Part shown: positions 18,810 through 28,773 of the stretch, piece after piece
How the letters are laid out: every line of letters starts with the position of its first letter
Position numbering within the stretch: position 1 is the stretch's first letter
NCBI GenBank assembly: GCA_021818425.1
Contig: JAKAEC010000005.1
Coordinates: 15,462-79,461 of the forward strand
Length of the DNA stretch: 64,000 nt
Reading direction: 5' to 3'
DNA from: Pseudomonadota bacterium
GTDB taxonomy: Bacteria > Pseudomonadota > Alphaproteobacteria > Acetobacterales > Acetobacteraceae
Translations under genes and position numbers: made by a program
Notes under the pieces: model-generated
Databases searched by the model: none
The model's input: the letters and a program-made list of their open reading frames with translations, nothing else
What the model was told of the DNA's origin: nothing

Positions 18810-21058
18810 ATTCCAGAGACAGATTTGGCTGAGACGGGTTTCGCCTTGGTCGTGGAGAGGAGCCTCTCCAGTTCAGTTGCCGGAAAACTCAACTGCAGGG
18901 TTTGGTTGCGGCTGGGCAATTCGATGCCTTCTTCCGTGAAACGTTTCTGCACCCGGCCGTAGAATTCCCGCCGCACGGCCCAATGCTGGCCCGGCCCGGT
19001 GCGAATTTGCCCCGTGAGCACCAAACCCAGGTCGTTGAAGGAGTCGAGCCCAAAAAGCTGGAGATCGTCGCGCATCATCTCCGCCCACGTGGGTTCCGTG
19101 CGCATTTGCGTGCCGATATCCTTTAGAACCGCTGTAACCTGCTCGATATCCTCCCGAAGGCCGACCATGATGGAGATCTGTGCGTAGCTGAAGTCCCGAG
19201 TTTGGTTAGTAACGGTGGTGACAGATGAGAACGGGATGATGTTGATGGAGCCGTCTCCTCCGCGCAAGCGTATCGTGCGGATGGACAGGCGTTCCACCGT
19301 GCCGGACATGCCGCCCAGTGTGACCACATCGCCTACCTGCACCGCATCCTCGAACAGCAGGAACAGACCGGTGATGATGTCTTGCACTAGCTTCTGGCTG
19401 CCGAACCCCACTGCAATGCCGACAACGGAAGAAACCGCCAGTAGCCCGGTGGTATTCAACCCGATGCGTGAAAGCACAACGAGAAGCGTGACCACCACGA
19501 GGATGACGCCGAACCCGGCTTGAAGCATGGGTGAGAGGGTGCGCAGCCGTGCAGCTGGGCGGGTGCGCCCAGCGTTGTTCAACTTTTCCACCCGGCGTTC
19601 GAGCTGGAAATTTATGAACTCCCAGATGGTGATAGCAATGGCGATGGTAATGACCACGCTGCCCGCCACGCTCAGCAATGCCCGACTAATCGTGTTGCTG
19701 AGAAGCCAATCGAATGTGTTTAGTCCCCAGCCCTGGAACACTAGCAGCAGGACTAGAAGTGCGATGGTGGCCCTGACAAGGAGGCGGATGAGTGGGTTAT
19801 AACTGCGGACGCGGATAAGAAAGCTGGCGCGGCTGGCCTCGGTTTCCTGGTCTGGGAAGATACGGGCGAGTAATACGCTACTGCCCGACCAAGCTAGGCG
19901 CCCGAACAGGAGTGCTGTCATCACCACTAAGATCGCGCGTAGGAGCACGCCAAGGGCATTGTGCACGCCGCCGGCCCAGGCGACCCATAACGCCAGAACG
20001 TAGAACAAAGTGATAGCATACCAGATTTCGGCAAAGCGTTGGCGAAGGCCGGCGATGAAGCCTTCAGCGTCGGGCTTGCCGGCAATCCAGCGGCTGATGA
20101 CGTGTCGGCTTTGCCAGATACCCAGCGCCACTTCCAGATGCACGATGAGCGCTGCTAGTCGGATAAGAGCCCCGGCTCCATCTTTCGACAGTCCCAGAAG
20201 CTCCCCGATCGAGATTACGAAATAGGCGCAGAAGATTGTGGCGATAAGCGTCATTGCCCGGTGCATTCCCCAGGCAGCGTAACTGGTGGAGAGGCGCAGC
20301 AGCCGTAGGCTGGGCACTTGGGGAGAGAGCAGCAGGCGCATGGCTTCTTGAGATAGCCGCGCCAGCAGATAGGCGTTGGCGACGCCGGTAACCGCCAGCC
20401 GCGCAGAACGGATAGTGATCAGCCCGCTCGAGAGAAGTGATTGTTCGGTGACGGCGAATGCGGCGATGGGAAGCAAAGTCAGCCCAAATTTTAGCAAAGC
20501 AAAACCAAGCCGGCGGAAGGTCATGTGCATCGGCGCGTATGCCGCGGGCTGGTCGGGGGTACGAGAAGATTCAGGTCGTTTTTTGGAGGCGCGCTGGGCG
20601 CAAAGCGCCATAGGCTTGCTCAGGAGGAAACGAAAGGCAAGATCCAGCGCAACGCCCGGCAGAAATGCGCTGGCGAGTCCTTGAAACAAGTGGACGGCGG
20701 CCTGCCGTGTGCCGCTTGCGGAAAAGCTTTTCAGCCAAGCAAATACGGGAGTCAGTCGGGTGGAACGCCACAGCGCATTGGTGAAGTCATCGAAGGTGTG
20801 GGCGGTTTCGTGCCCGAGTACGGAGGAGAACGCAAAGCCCAGCTTGCCGGTTCCAAAAGGAGGCGGGATGGGAGTGCTGGCTGAGGGGCTGACGCCGGCA
20901 AGGGTTGCAAGCGGTGAACCTGGGATGATGGTGGGCGTTGGTTTCGCCGCCGCGGCGGAAGCACTTACAGGGGTGGGCAGTCCTGGGACTGGCTGAGAAG
21001 CCACGGCAATGCAGGGCAACAGGGCGGCAAGCACGAGGAAAATAGGTAGGAAGCGCAT
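18806..21058 (-). CDS. Mechanosensitive channel MscS family (YbiO-like)
   Basis: Signal peptide and multiple TMs; GFGSQKLVQDIITGLF, GTVERLSIRTIRLRG. Confidence 0.9.
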   Translation of the reverse strand: MRFLPIFLVLAALLPCIAVASQPVPGLPTPVSASAAAAKPTPTIIPGSPLATLAGVSPSASTPIPPPFGTGKLGFAFSSVLGHETAHTFDDFTNALWRSTRLTPVFAWLKSFSASGTRQAAVHLFQGLASAFLPGVALDLAFRFLLSKPMALCAQRASKKRPESSRTPDQPAAYAPMHMTFRRLGFALLKFGLTLLPIAAFAVTEQSLLSSGLITIRSARLAVTGVANAYLLARLSQEAMRLLLSPQVPSLRLLRLSTSYAAWGMHRAMTLIATIFCAYFVISIGELLGLSKDGAGALIRLAALIVHLEVALGIWQSRHVISRWIAGKPDAEGFIAGLRQRFAEIWYAITLFYVLALWVAWAGGVHNALGVLLRAILVVMTALLFGRLAWSGSSVLLARIFPDQETEASRASFLIRVRSYNPLIRLLVRATIALLVLLLVFQGWGLNTFDWLLSNTISRALLSVAGSVVITIAIAITIWEFINFQLERRVEKLNNAGRTRPAARLRTLSPMLQAGFGVILVVVTLLVVLSRIGLNTTGLLAVSSVVGIAVGFGSQKLVQDIITGLFLLFEDAVQVGDVVTLGGMSGTVERLSIRTIRLRGGDGSINIIPFSSVTTVTNQTRDFSYAQISIMVGLREDIEQVTAVLKDIGTQMRTEPTWAEMMRDDLQLFGLDSFNDLGLVLTGQIRTGPGQHWAVRREFYGRVQKRFTEEGIELPSRNQTLQLSFPATELERLLSTTKAKPVSAKSVSGI

Positions 21059-21144
21059 GGCGGTGACCCTGAGTGGTGTTTGATCAGGAAGTCAATTGAT
21101 TCTGGGATGATAGGCAAAGCCGCTCGATGCCGTATAGTGGCGCC

Positions 21145-21330
21145 ATGCGGAGTATTTTACTCATCTTGCTAGGGATGGACATGCTGGCGGTGGTTGGTGT
21201 TATGCTTGCCGGTGTGCTGGGCATGGCCAAGCCTGACCGCGATCCGCGTTGTGCCAATTTGTTGATGCGCTGGCGCGTGACATTGCAAGGCGTGGCGATT
21301 GTCCTAGTTGTAGCCTTGATGATGACGTGA
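21145..21330 (+). CDS. HIG1/twin-transmembrane-helix small protein
   Basis: Two TM helices; ANLLMRWRVTLQG motif. Confidence 0.8.
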   Translation: MRSILLILLGMDMLAVVGVMLAGVLGMAKPDRDPRCANLLMRWRVTLQGVAIVLVVALMMT

Positions 21331-22157
21331 TGCCGCTTTTGGCATTTTCACAGGTAGATGTGTTCACCGCCCGCCCGGGCTATGGCAATCCGTTGGCGGT
21401 GGTGCACGGCGCGGCCTCGTTGGATGGCACGCAGATGCAGCATTTCGCCAATTGGACGAATTTAAGTGAGACCAGTTTTCTGCTGCCGCCGGACAGCCCC
21501 GAGGCGGATTATAAGGTGCGGATTTTTACGCCGAAATCAGAACTTCCTTTCGCGGGGCATCCGACATTGGGAAGCTGCCATGCTTGGCTGGCGGCGGGCG
21601 GCACGCCGAAGGGCGATGGAATCGTTCAGGAATGTGGGGCAGGCCTAGTGCGGATCCGCTGCGACGGGACGCGCTTGGCGTTTGCTGCGCCCGATGCTGT
21701 GCAGGGCAAGGTTTCGCCGGTGCTGAAGGCGCGCGTTGCCGCCGCGCTCGGTTTGGCGGAAATGGACATACTTGCCGCCTGTCAGCTTTCGTACCTTGCC
21801 CCCTCCTGGACTGGCGTGATGCTGAAGGACCGCGCCGCGGTGCTTGGGTTGAAGCCGAATTTTATGGTGATGGGTGAGTTGGAAATCGGCGTGGTGGCGC
21901 CCTCGCCAGATGGTAACGCGGATTTCGAGGTAAGAGGGTTTGCTAATGATGTCGGCGGGGAGGACCCGGTGAGCGGCAGTCTGAATGCCGGACTGGCGCG
22001 CTGGCTAATCACTGACGGGTTTGCCCAGGCCCGCTATGTTGCGGCGCAGGGCACTGCGCTAGGGCGCGACGGTAGAGTGTTCGTGGACTATGACGGGCGG
22101 GATTTTTGGATTGGCGGGGACAGTACTGAGGTGATTTCCGGCACACTTGCGTTATAG
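21330..22157 (+). CDS. PhzF family isomerase
   Basis: QVDVFT, GNPLAVV, NLSETSF, RIFTPKSELPFAGHPTLG, EDPVSGS. Confidence 0.92.
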   Translation: MPLLAFSQVDVFTARPGYGNPLAVVHGAASLDGTQMQHFANWTNLSETSFLLPPDSPEADYKVRIFTPKSELPFAGHPTLGSCHAWLAAGGTPKGDGIVQECGAGLVRIRCDGTRLAFAAPDAVQGKVSPVLKARVAAALGLAEMDILAACQLSYLAPSWTGVMLKDRAAVLGLKPNFMVMGELEIGVVAPSPDGNADFEVRGFANDVGGEDPVSGSLNAGLARWLITDGFAQARYVAAQGTALGRDGRVFVDYDGRDFWIGGDSTEVISGTLAL

Positions 22158-22174
22158 CAGCACCCGGTCGGAGA

Positions 22175-22580
22175 CGGAGTGCGTATCGCGCCGGTCGGGA
22201 GAGGAGACGGGCCATATCCGGCTTGGAAGCGAAGCAGATTGAAACAAGTTGTCGGCTGATCGATAGGGCTGAAATTCCGCCAGCGCGGGGTGCAGTGGCG
22301 CAAGCCGCCGGCATGCCAAAATTCCGTTTCCAGAGGCTATTAATTCAGGTGATGGAGCTTGCGCCGAAAGCCTATGCGTCGGTAGGGCAGAGCGCACGCT
22401 TATGGGCTGCAGCGGAAACGGCGCAGAGCGTGACCGAGGCAATTTATGTGGCTGGTTCCTCCTCCTCTAAGCCGTCGGCCAGATTCATCAGGTCGTGCCC
22501 GCGGCGTTGGGCGTTGCGCAGTGGCTTTACCATGCCAAAGGGCAGGGCCGCCCTGTTAGCGCGAGAAGCTAGACATGAGT
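22175..22580 (+). pseudogene. ada: ada (adaptive response regulator/O6-alkylguanine methyltransferase) remnant
   Basis: SCRLIDRAEIPP..AQAAGMPKFRFQRL..LAPKAYA..SVTEAIYVAG matches the Ada AraC-HTH, and RAALLAREA matches the Ada C-terminus. The middle is deleted. It lies directly upstream of alkB. Confidence 0.7.
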
Positions 22581-23204
22581 CAGAACCTGTTTCCTGACAC
22601 GCCGTTTTTGCACGGCCTCACCTATATGCCTGGCTTTGCTTTGGGCGAGGAAGCGGAGTTGGTGCGGGTTGTCCTGGCGGTGGTGAAGGCAGCACCCTTC
22701 CGGCGCATGAAGACCCCGGGTGGTAAGGAGATGAGCGCCGCCATGACCAATTGCGGCGTAACGGGATGGGTAAGCGACGCCAAAGGCTACCGCTATGCGC
22801 GTCGGGATCCCCTGAGCGGTGAACCTTGGCCGGAGATGCCCGATATTTTCCGAAGCCTGGCTGCGCGCGCGGCAGCGGTAGGCGGGTTTGCGGGATTCGT
22901 ACCTGATGTGGCGCTGATCAACCGTTATGAACCGGGCGCCAAAATGACGCTGCACCAGGATGTCGACGAACAGGATTTTTCGGCGCCTATCGTTTCAGTG
23001 TCCCTGGGTTTACCGGCCTTCTTTCTTTGGGGTGGGCCAAGACGAACGGACAAACCCGCCCGCCTGTTCTTGGAGAGTGGTGATGTGTTGGTGTGGGGCG
23101 GCGCGGCGCGGAAATTTTTCCATGGCGTGGCACCGGTAAAGCAGGGGGTACATAGGCTGACGGGAGCCGCCCGGCTGAACCTCACCTTCCGGCAAGCGCT
23201 GTAA
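22575..23204 (+). CDS. alkB: Alpha-ketoglutarate-dependent dioxygenase AlkB
   Basis: TPGGKEMSAAMTNCG, LHQD (HxD), FHGV, RLNLTFR. Confidence 0.95.
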   Translation: MSQNLFPDTPFLHGLTYMPGFALGEEAELVRVVLAVVKAAPFRRMKTPGGKEMSAAMTNCGVTGWVSDAKGYRYARRDPLSGEPWPEMPDIFRSLAARAAAVGGFAGFVPDVALINRYEPGAKMTLHQDVDEQDFSAPIVSVSLGLPAFFLWGGPRRTDKPARLFLESGDVLVWGGAARKFFHGVAPVKQGVHRLTGAARLNLTFRQAL

Positions 23205-23286
23205 TGAAGACCTCGGTCTTCTGGTTGGGTTTTGAGACGTTTATCCGCCGCGACAATAAAGGTGGCAATAAACCCTGGGCCGGTAT

Positions 23287-23668
23287 GAGACCTGTGCGGG
23301 TATGGTTGTAACGGCTCGGATTTATCTGATTCTTTATGGTGACGAATTTGAGGTTGAGATGCCACGTCGCCGGATTGGACAGGAAGCATTGCATTTTCCT
23401 GATAGCGGGCATGGTAGATCGTTCCTGGACCAGCTCTCGGGCTTGATTGATTGGGCACCGCTTGAAGCCATACTGGATGACATTTACGGCGCCTCGAAAG
23501 GTGAAGCAGCCTGTCCGCCTTTGGCCTTGTTTAAGGCGATGTTGCTGGCGGTTTGGTATGATCTCTCGGATGTGAAACTGTCGGAAGCCTTGGATGATCG
23601 TGCGTCATTCCGGCGATTTTGCGGTTTTTCTCACAGGAGGCGGCGCCGGAACGGACGGCGTTCGTACG
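23287..23668 (+). mobile_element. IS5-family transposase remnant (5' part), interrupted by IS3
   Basis: ATG 23359: LDQLSGLIDW..PPLALFKAMLLAVWYDLSDVKLSEALDDRASFRRFCGF, then a frameshift to PERTAFVR. Candidate left end GAGACCTGTGCG at 23287. Confidence 0.75.
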
Positions 23669-23734
23669 TGGCCTGCCTGGGGATTTTTGAACCAGTTGAA
23701 TTGAGACAAGCTGGTTTAGAGAGGAGGCATTATT

Positions 23735-24013
23735 ATGCCGAAGAAGCGGATGAGCGCGGAGCAGATTGTTGTGCTGTTGCGGCAGATTGAGGTTCAGACG
23801 GGCCAAGGCAAGACGGTCCAGGTTGCCTGCCGTGAGGCCGGGATTTCTGACAAAAGTTACTACCGATACCGCAAAGAGTATGGTGGCTTGGACATGGATC
23901 AGGCACGGCGTTTGAAGGATTTAGAGAAAGAAAACAATCGTTTAAAGCGATTGGTCGCAGATTTGTCGCTTGAGAAGCAGATCCTCAAGGACGTTGCCGC
24001 GGGAAACTTGTAA
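23735..24013 (+). CDS. IS3 transposase OrfA
   Basis: HTH ACREAGISDKSYYRYRKEYGG plus leucine zipper LEKENNRLKRLVADL; GGGAAAC candidate -1 frameshift site at the end. Confidence 0.9.
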   Translation: MPKKRMSAEQIVVLLRQIEVQTGQGKTVQVACREAGISDKSYYRYRKEYGGLDMDQARRLKDLEKENNRLKRLVADLSLEKQILKDVAAGNL

Positions 24014-24036
24014 GCCCTGAACGGCGCCGGCAGGCG

Positions 24037-24864
24037 GTGGCGAAAATCCGGGAGACCTATCATCTTTCGGAACGTCGCGCCTGCCGGTTTCTGGACCATT
24101 CGCGCGGCACGCAGCGCTACGTCTCCCAAAGCCGCCCTGATGAGGATAAGCTGACGCAGGCCATCATCGCCCTGGCCGGCAATTATGGCCGCTATGGCTA
24201 TAGGCGGGTTACAGCATTGCTCCAGGCTGGCGGATGGGAGGCTGGCACTGACCGTGTCCAGCGGATCTGGCGCCGGGAAGGGCTGAAGGTTCCCCAGAAA
24301 CAGAAACCCCGAGGTCGGCTCTGGTTGAATGACGGCTCGTGCATCCGCCTACGGTCAGAGCGGCGTAATCATGTCTGGTCTTATGACTTCGTGGAGGCGC
24401 AGACGCATGATGGCCGCAAGCTGCGGCTGATGACGCTGATCGACGAATTCACCCGAGAATGCTTAGCCGTTCGAGTGGCACGCCGAATTAACGGCCTGGG
24501 TGTACTGGAGACCATGGCCAAGGTGATGATGGCCAGGGGCGTGCCTGAGTATATTCGTTCCGACAATGGGCCGGAAATGACGTCAAAGGCGGTGCGGGCA
24601 TGGCTCGCCAATGTAGGAGCGCAGACGCTGTATATTGAACCAGGTTCAGCTTGGGAGAATGGATATTGCGAGAGCTTTAATAGCAAAATTCGAGATGAGC
24701 TACTGAACGGAGAAATCTTTTACAGCCTGAAGGAAGCGCAAATCCTCATCGAGCAATGGCGTCATCACTACAATACGTTGCGGCCACATTCAGCGCTTGG
24801 ATACAAGCCGCCTGCGCCACAAACCATCCAGCCAAATATAATTGATCTCGACCAGGCCACATGA
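24037..24864 (+). CDS. IS3 transposase OrfB (DDE integrase core)
   Basis: WSYDFV, RSDNGPE, WENGYCESFN, YNTLRPHSALGY. Confidence 0.92.
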   Translation: MAKIRETYHLSERRACRFLDHSRGTQRYVSQSRPDEDKLTQAIIALAGNYGRYGYRRVTALLQAGGWEAGTDRVQRIWRREGLKVPQKQKPRGRLWLNDGSCIRLRSERRNHVWSYDFVEAQTHDGRKLRLMTLIDEFTRECLAVRVARRINGLGVLETMAKVMMARGVPEYIRSDNGPEMTSKAVRAWLANVGAQTLYIEPGSAWENGYCESFNSKIRDELLNGEIFYSLKEAQILIEQWRHHYNTLRPHSALGYKPPAPQTIQPNIIDLDQAT

Positions 24865-24942
24865 CCGCGCTATCTCAAATACGCTGGTACAAAATATCCA
24901 GCAGGCCACTTTTCTGCCGGAAGCTGCGCCTCTACGCGCGTA

Positions 24943-26037
24943 TTAAATAGCCTTAGGCTGTTGCTGCGTGATGCAATGGATATTGCCGCCACCCAACAGA
25001 ATTTCGCGCGCTGGCACCATTACGATCTCGCGCTCCGGGAATAGCCTAGCCAGTGCGTCTCGAGCGGGCTCGTCTGTTTCTACCCCGAAAGCAGGGGCGA
25101 TGATGGCACCATTGGCAATGTAGAAATTCACGTAAGAACCGGCCAAACGTTCTCCTGCTTTGCGATTCATGCCGCTGGCGGTCGCATCCACTCCTTCGGC
25201 TTCTTCTTGAGTATAGAACATTGGGGTCGGCATCGGGATGCGCTCAATCACAAGCTTGCGTCCCTTAGCGTCGTGCGCATTTGTCAGCAACGCTTCTGCC
25301 TCGCGGCTGATCTGGTAATGTAAATCAGAAGGATCCTCGCACCAACTCAGCAGTACGACACCAGGCCTTACGAAACAGGCCAGGTTGTCGACATGCCCGT
25401 CTGTTTCGTCATACGGAATGCCATTTTTTAGGCAGATGACATGGGAGACGCCAAGGTAATCTTTCAGCATCCGTTCCATGTCGTGCCGCCGCACGTCCGG
25501 ATTGCGATTTTTGTTCAGCACACATTGCTCGACCACGAGCGCGGTGCCTTCCCCATCCACATGAAAGGCACCGCCTTCGATGACAAGCGGAGCACGGAAA
25601 CGCTTCGCGCGTTCGATCTGCAGAATTTTTTCGGCGATGGCGTCGTCTTTGTCCCAGGGGAAGTATAGCCCGCCCCAACTTTTGAACGGCCAGTCGACGC
25701 CGGCGAGTTCGCCGGTTTTACTTAGCAGGAAGCTGCAGCCGATATCGCGCGCCCAGGCATCATTGCTGCTCATCTCCACCACTCGGACTTCGAGCGGAAG
25801 CAAGGCTCGGGCATTTGCGTACTGCGCGGCGTTTACCAACATAGTCACGGGTTCAAACCGTGAAATGGCGGTGGCGACCTGCGCGAACGCCTTTTGCGCG
25901 GGTTTGGCGCCTAAGCGCCAGTTGTCTGTGCGTTCAGGCCAGATCATCCAGCAGCCCGCGTGTGGCGTCCATTCCGCCGGCATAGCGAATCCCGCCTTGC
26001 TCGGTGTGATGGCGTTTCCCGTGCGTAAGTCAGGCAT
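24943..26037 (-). CDS. aguA: Agmatine deiminase
   Basis: MPAEW, NDAWARD, EGGAFHVDGEGT, TDGHVD, GGGNIHCITQQQP. Confidence 0.94.
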   Translation of the reverse strand: MPDLRTGNAITPSKAGFAMPAEWTPHAGCWMIWPERTDNWRLGAKPAQKAFAQVATAISRFEPVTMLVNAAQYANARALLPLEVRVVEMSSNDAWARDIGCSFLLSKTGELAGVDWPFKSWGGLYFPWDKDDAIAEKILQIERAKRFRAPLVIEGGAFHVDGEGTALVVEQCVLNKNRNPDVRRHDMERMLKDYLGVSHVICLKNGIPYDETDGHVDNLACFVRPGVVLLSWCEDPSDLHYQISREAEALLTNAHDAKGRKLVIERIPMPTPMFYTQEEAEGVDATASGMNRKAGERLAGSYVNFYIANGAIIAPAFGVETDEPARDALARLFPEREIVMVPAREILLGGGNIHCITQQQPKAI

Positions 26038-27391
26038 TTTTCAGATAGGCGTCATATTCTACGTCGGAGATTCGCTTGCGCATCTCGCTGATCTCCTGGC
26101 GCTTGCAAGCCACGTAGTAGCGCTGGAAATCCTTGCCAAAAATATCTTCCATGTTGGCGGAAGAGGCAAAACGGTCCAGCGCGCCTGACCAGGCGATAGG
26201 CAACGGCGGGGCAGAGGGGCTGCGGACAGTGCCGTGGGTTTCCGGGCCAGGGTCCATCCGGAGCTCGATGCCCTGCAGGGCGGTGCCAAGAAGCGAGGCG
26301 AAGGCAAGATAGGGGTTGCAGTCCGCCCCGGCGACGCGGTGCTCAATGCGCGAGGCCGTCGGGTCGGTCGTGATGACACGTATGGAGGACATGCGGTTGT
26401 CATGCCCCCAATCGCCATAGGTCGGGGCATGCACGCCTGGCGCGAACCGGCGGTAGGAATTGGCATGCGGCGCCAAGGTAAGCATCGTATCCGGCATGTT
26501 ATGAATGATGCCTCCCAGCGCGTGGTAGAGTTCTGGAGTGCCGCGTTCTGGTGTACTGGCAAAGATGTTCTGGCCTGCGTTGTCGAACAGTGACATGTGC
26601 ACATGCATGCCAGACCCCGCCCATTGACCATAAGGCTTGGCCATGAAGGTGGCAGTGAGGCCATGCTTGCGTGCTACCTGTTTGATGGTCCGCTTGAACA
26701 AGGTGGCGCTGTCGGCCACGCGCAGCGTATCAGTGGAATATCTCAGCGTAACTTCGAACTGGCCCGGGCCGGATTCGCTCACTAATGTTTCGAGAATGAT
26801 GTCCTGCATCTTCGCGCAGGCCATCATCTCACGCAGGATCGGCTCGTAATCATGCACCTCGCCCAGTCCCACGGCGTCGATCTGCCAGCCGCGCCAGCCG
26901 GATTCATCGGCGCCACGCGGGGCTATCTTCAATCCGTCATGGCGGCCGGAATCTACTAGGTAAAATTCCAGTTCCACGCCGAGGGCGGGGGTAAGTCCCG
27001 CCTTAGAGAATCGCTCTAGCACGCGGGTAAGCACGCCGCGGGGGTCAAGGTAATAGAGGCTGCCGTCGACCTCGCGCATGGTCAGTAGTGCCTGCACCAC
27101 ATTGCCCTCCGCCCAGCCCATGTGGGTGATGGAATGAGGCACGGCGACGCATAAGCCGTCCGGGTCGCCCGTGTCGTAGGCAATGCCACCTTCGGCGATA
27201 TCGCGACCCCAGATGTCAAGCAAATAAGCCGAGCGCGGAATGGCAATGCCAGAGCCTAGCAGAGATTTGGCCTTGTCCCGCTGCAGCCATTTGCCGCGAG
27301 GCACGCCGTTAACGTCGACCACAAAAGCCTCGATATAATCCGCGCCGGCCAGCAGCGTCATTTTGGTGTCGATGTCTGGATTGGAAAGCAT
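26030..27391 (-). CDS. puuA: Gamma-glutamyl-polyamine synthetase (glutamine synthetase family, PuuA/SpuI-like)
   Basis: GVELEFYL, ESGPGQFE, TFMAKPY..AGSGMHVHMSL, RIEHRVAGAD; polyamine operon context. Confidence 0.8.
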   Translation of the reverse strand: MLSNPDIDTKMTLLAGADYIEAFVVDVNGVPRGKWLQRDKAKSLLGSGIAIPRSAYLLDIWGRDIAEGGIAYDTGDPDGLCVAVPHSITHMGWAEGNVVQALLTMREVDGSLYYLDPRGVLTRVLERFSKAGLTPALGVELEFYLVDSGRHDGLKIAPRGADESGWRGWQIDAVGLGEVHDYEPILREMMACAKMQDIILETLVSESGPGQFEVTLRYSTDTLRVADSATLFKRTIKQVARKHGLTATFMAKPYGQWAGSGMHVHMSLFDNAGQNIFASTPERGTPELYHALGGIIHNMPDTMLTLAPHANSYRRFAPGVHAPTYGDWGHDNRMSSIRVITTDPTASRIEHRVAGADCNPYLAFASLLGTALQGIELRMDPGPETHGTVRSPSAPPLPIAWSGALDRFASSANMEDIFGKDFQRYYVACKRQEISEMRKRISDVEYDAYLKNA

Positions 27392-27393
27392 AT

Positions 27394-28773
27394 TCACGGC
27401 GCTACCTCCGCGCGCACATCCGCATAGGTTGCCTCGAAAGCTGTTTTGGACATCGCGGCAAATTTCTCGATCTCCGCCTCCGAGATGGTGAGCGGTGGGG
27501 AGAACAGCATGGTGTCGCGCGTGGCGCGCACCATCAACCCGCCCCTGATGCAATGGTCGCGGCAGATCACGCCGACGCGGCCGCTCCTTTCGAAAAATTT
27601 GCGGGTGCGCTTGTCGGCCGTGAGCTCGATGGCGCCGATAAGGCCAACGCCGCGGATCTCGCCCACGATTGGTAGGTCACCAATGGCCTCGTTCAACTTC
27701 TCGCGCAGCAGCGAGCCTTTGCGTGCAGCGTTCTCAACGAGTTTTTCATTCTCCAGAATTTCGAGATTCTTCAGTGCCACGGCGCATGAAACCGGATGTC
27801 CAGAATAGGTGAAGCCATGAAAGTACTCCCCCGTCTCGTTAATCAACACATCCGCCACGCGGTTATTCATCAGCAAAGCCGATAGCGGCAGGTAGCCAGA
27901 GGTGAGGCCCTTTGCAGTGGTCATCATGTCCGGCTTAATGCCGAAATAATCCGTGCCGAACCATTTTCCGGTACGGCCGTAACCGCAGATCACCTCGTCG
28001 GCGATCAGCAGAATGTCGTATTGTTTGCAGATGCGGTTGATCTCCGGCCAGTAGGTTTCGGGCGGAATCAGCACGCCGCCGGCACCCTGGATTGGTTCGC
28101 CGATGAAAGCCGCGACATTCTCGGCACCTAGTTCGAGGATTTTCTTCTCGACCTCTTTTGCGGCGTAAAGCCCGAATTCCTCCGGGCTCATTTGCCCGCC
28201 CTTGCCGTACCAGTAGGGCGGTAGCACTTGGACGAAGTTCGGCAGGTCGCCCGCCTGACGATGCATGTCTTTCATGCCGCCGGCTGAGGCACCCAAAGTG
28301 GTGGAGCCGTGATAGCCATATTCCCGGCCGATGATAATCTTCTTCTGCGGTTTGCCGATCGTTTGCCAATAAACCCGTGCAGTACGGATGGCAGAATCTA
28401 CCGCTTCGGAGCCGGAACACGCGAAGAACACATGCTCGAACTCATCCGGGGAGATTTCCGCAAGCTTTGTTGCCAGCAACACGGCTGGTTCGTTCGTAGT
28501 TTTGAAGAAGCTGTTGTAATATGCAAGCTTCGACATTTGTTCGGTGGCGGCCGCCACTAGCTCCTTGCGACCATAACCGGCGGCCACGCACCATAGGCCA
28601 GCCATACCGTCCATGATCTTGTTGCCGTTGGAGTCGTGCAGGTATACTCCCTCGGCCGAGGTAATCAGTCTGACGCCATGCGCATGCAGGTCCTTATGGT
28701 CGGTGAAGGGGTGAAAATGATGGGCGGCGTCGAGTGCCTGCCAGTTTATCTCCTGGTTAATATCGTCTAACAT
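27394..28773 (-). CDS. spuC: Class III aminotransferase, putrescine-pyruvate type (SpuC-like)
   Basis: HFHPFTD, DGMAGLWC, YHGST, GEPIQGAGG, DEVICGYGRTG, AKGLTSGY, HGFTYSGHP. Confidence 0.85.
   Translation of the reverse strand: MLDDINQEINWQALDAAHHFHPFTDHKDLHAHGVRLITSAEGVYLHDSNGNKIMDGMAGLWCVAAGYGRKELVAAATEQMSKLAYYNSFFKTTNEPAVLLATKLAEISPDEFEHVFFACSGSEAVDSAIRTARVYWQTIGKPQKKIIIGREYGYHGSTTLGASAGGMKDMHRQAGDLPNFVQVLPPYWYGKGGQMSPEEFGLYAAKEVEKKILELGAENVAAFIGEPIQGAGGVLIPPETYWPEINRICKQYDILLIADEVICGYGRTGKWFGTDYFGIKPDMMTTAKGLTSGYLPLSALLMNNRVADVLINETGEYFHGFTYSGHPVSCAVALKNLEILENEKLVENAARKGSLLREKLNEAIGDLPIVGEIRGVGLIGAIELTADKRTRKFFERSGRVGVICRDHCIRGGLMVRATRDTMLFSPPLTISEAEIEKFAAMSKTAFEATYADVRAEVAP

Larger units (their letters stand above)
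23669..24908 (+). mobile_element. IS3-family insertion sequence (apparently intact)
   Basis: TG...CA ends; imperfect IRs TGGCCTGCCTGGGGATTTTTGAACCAG / CTGGTACAAAATATCCAGCAGGCCA; orfA/orfB arrangement. Confidence 0.92.

Noticed and set aside
23302-23790. 162-aa ORF as an intact gene
   Set aside because: It is a chimera of the IS5 remnant and out-of-frame IS3 left-end sequence.
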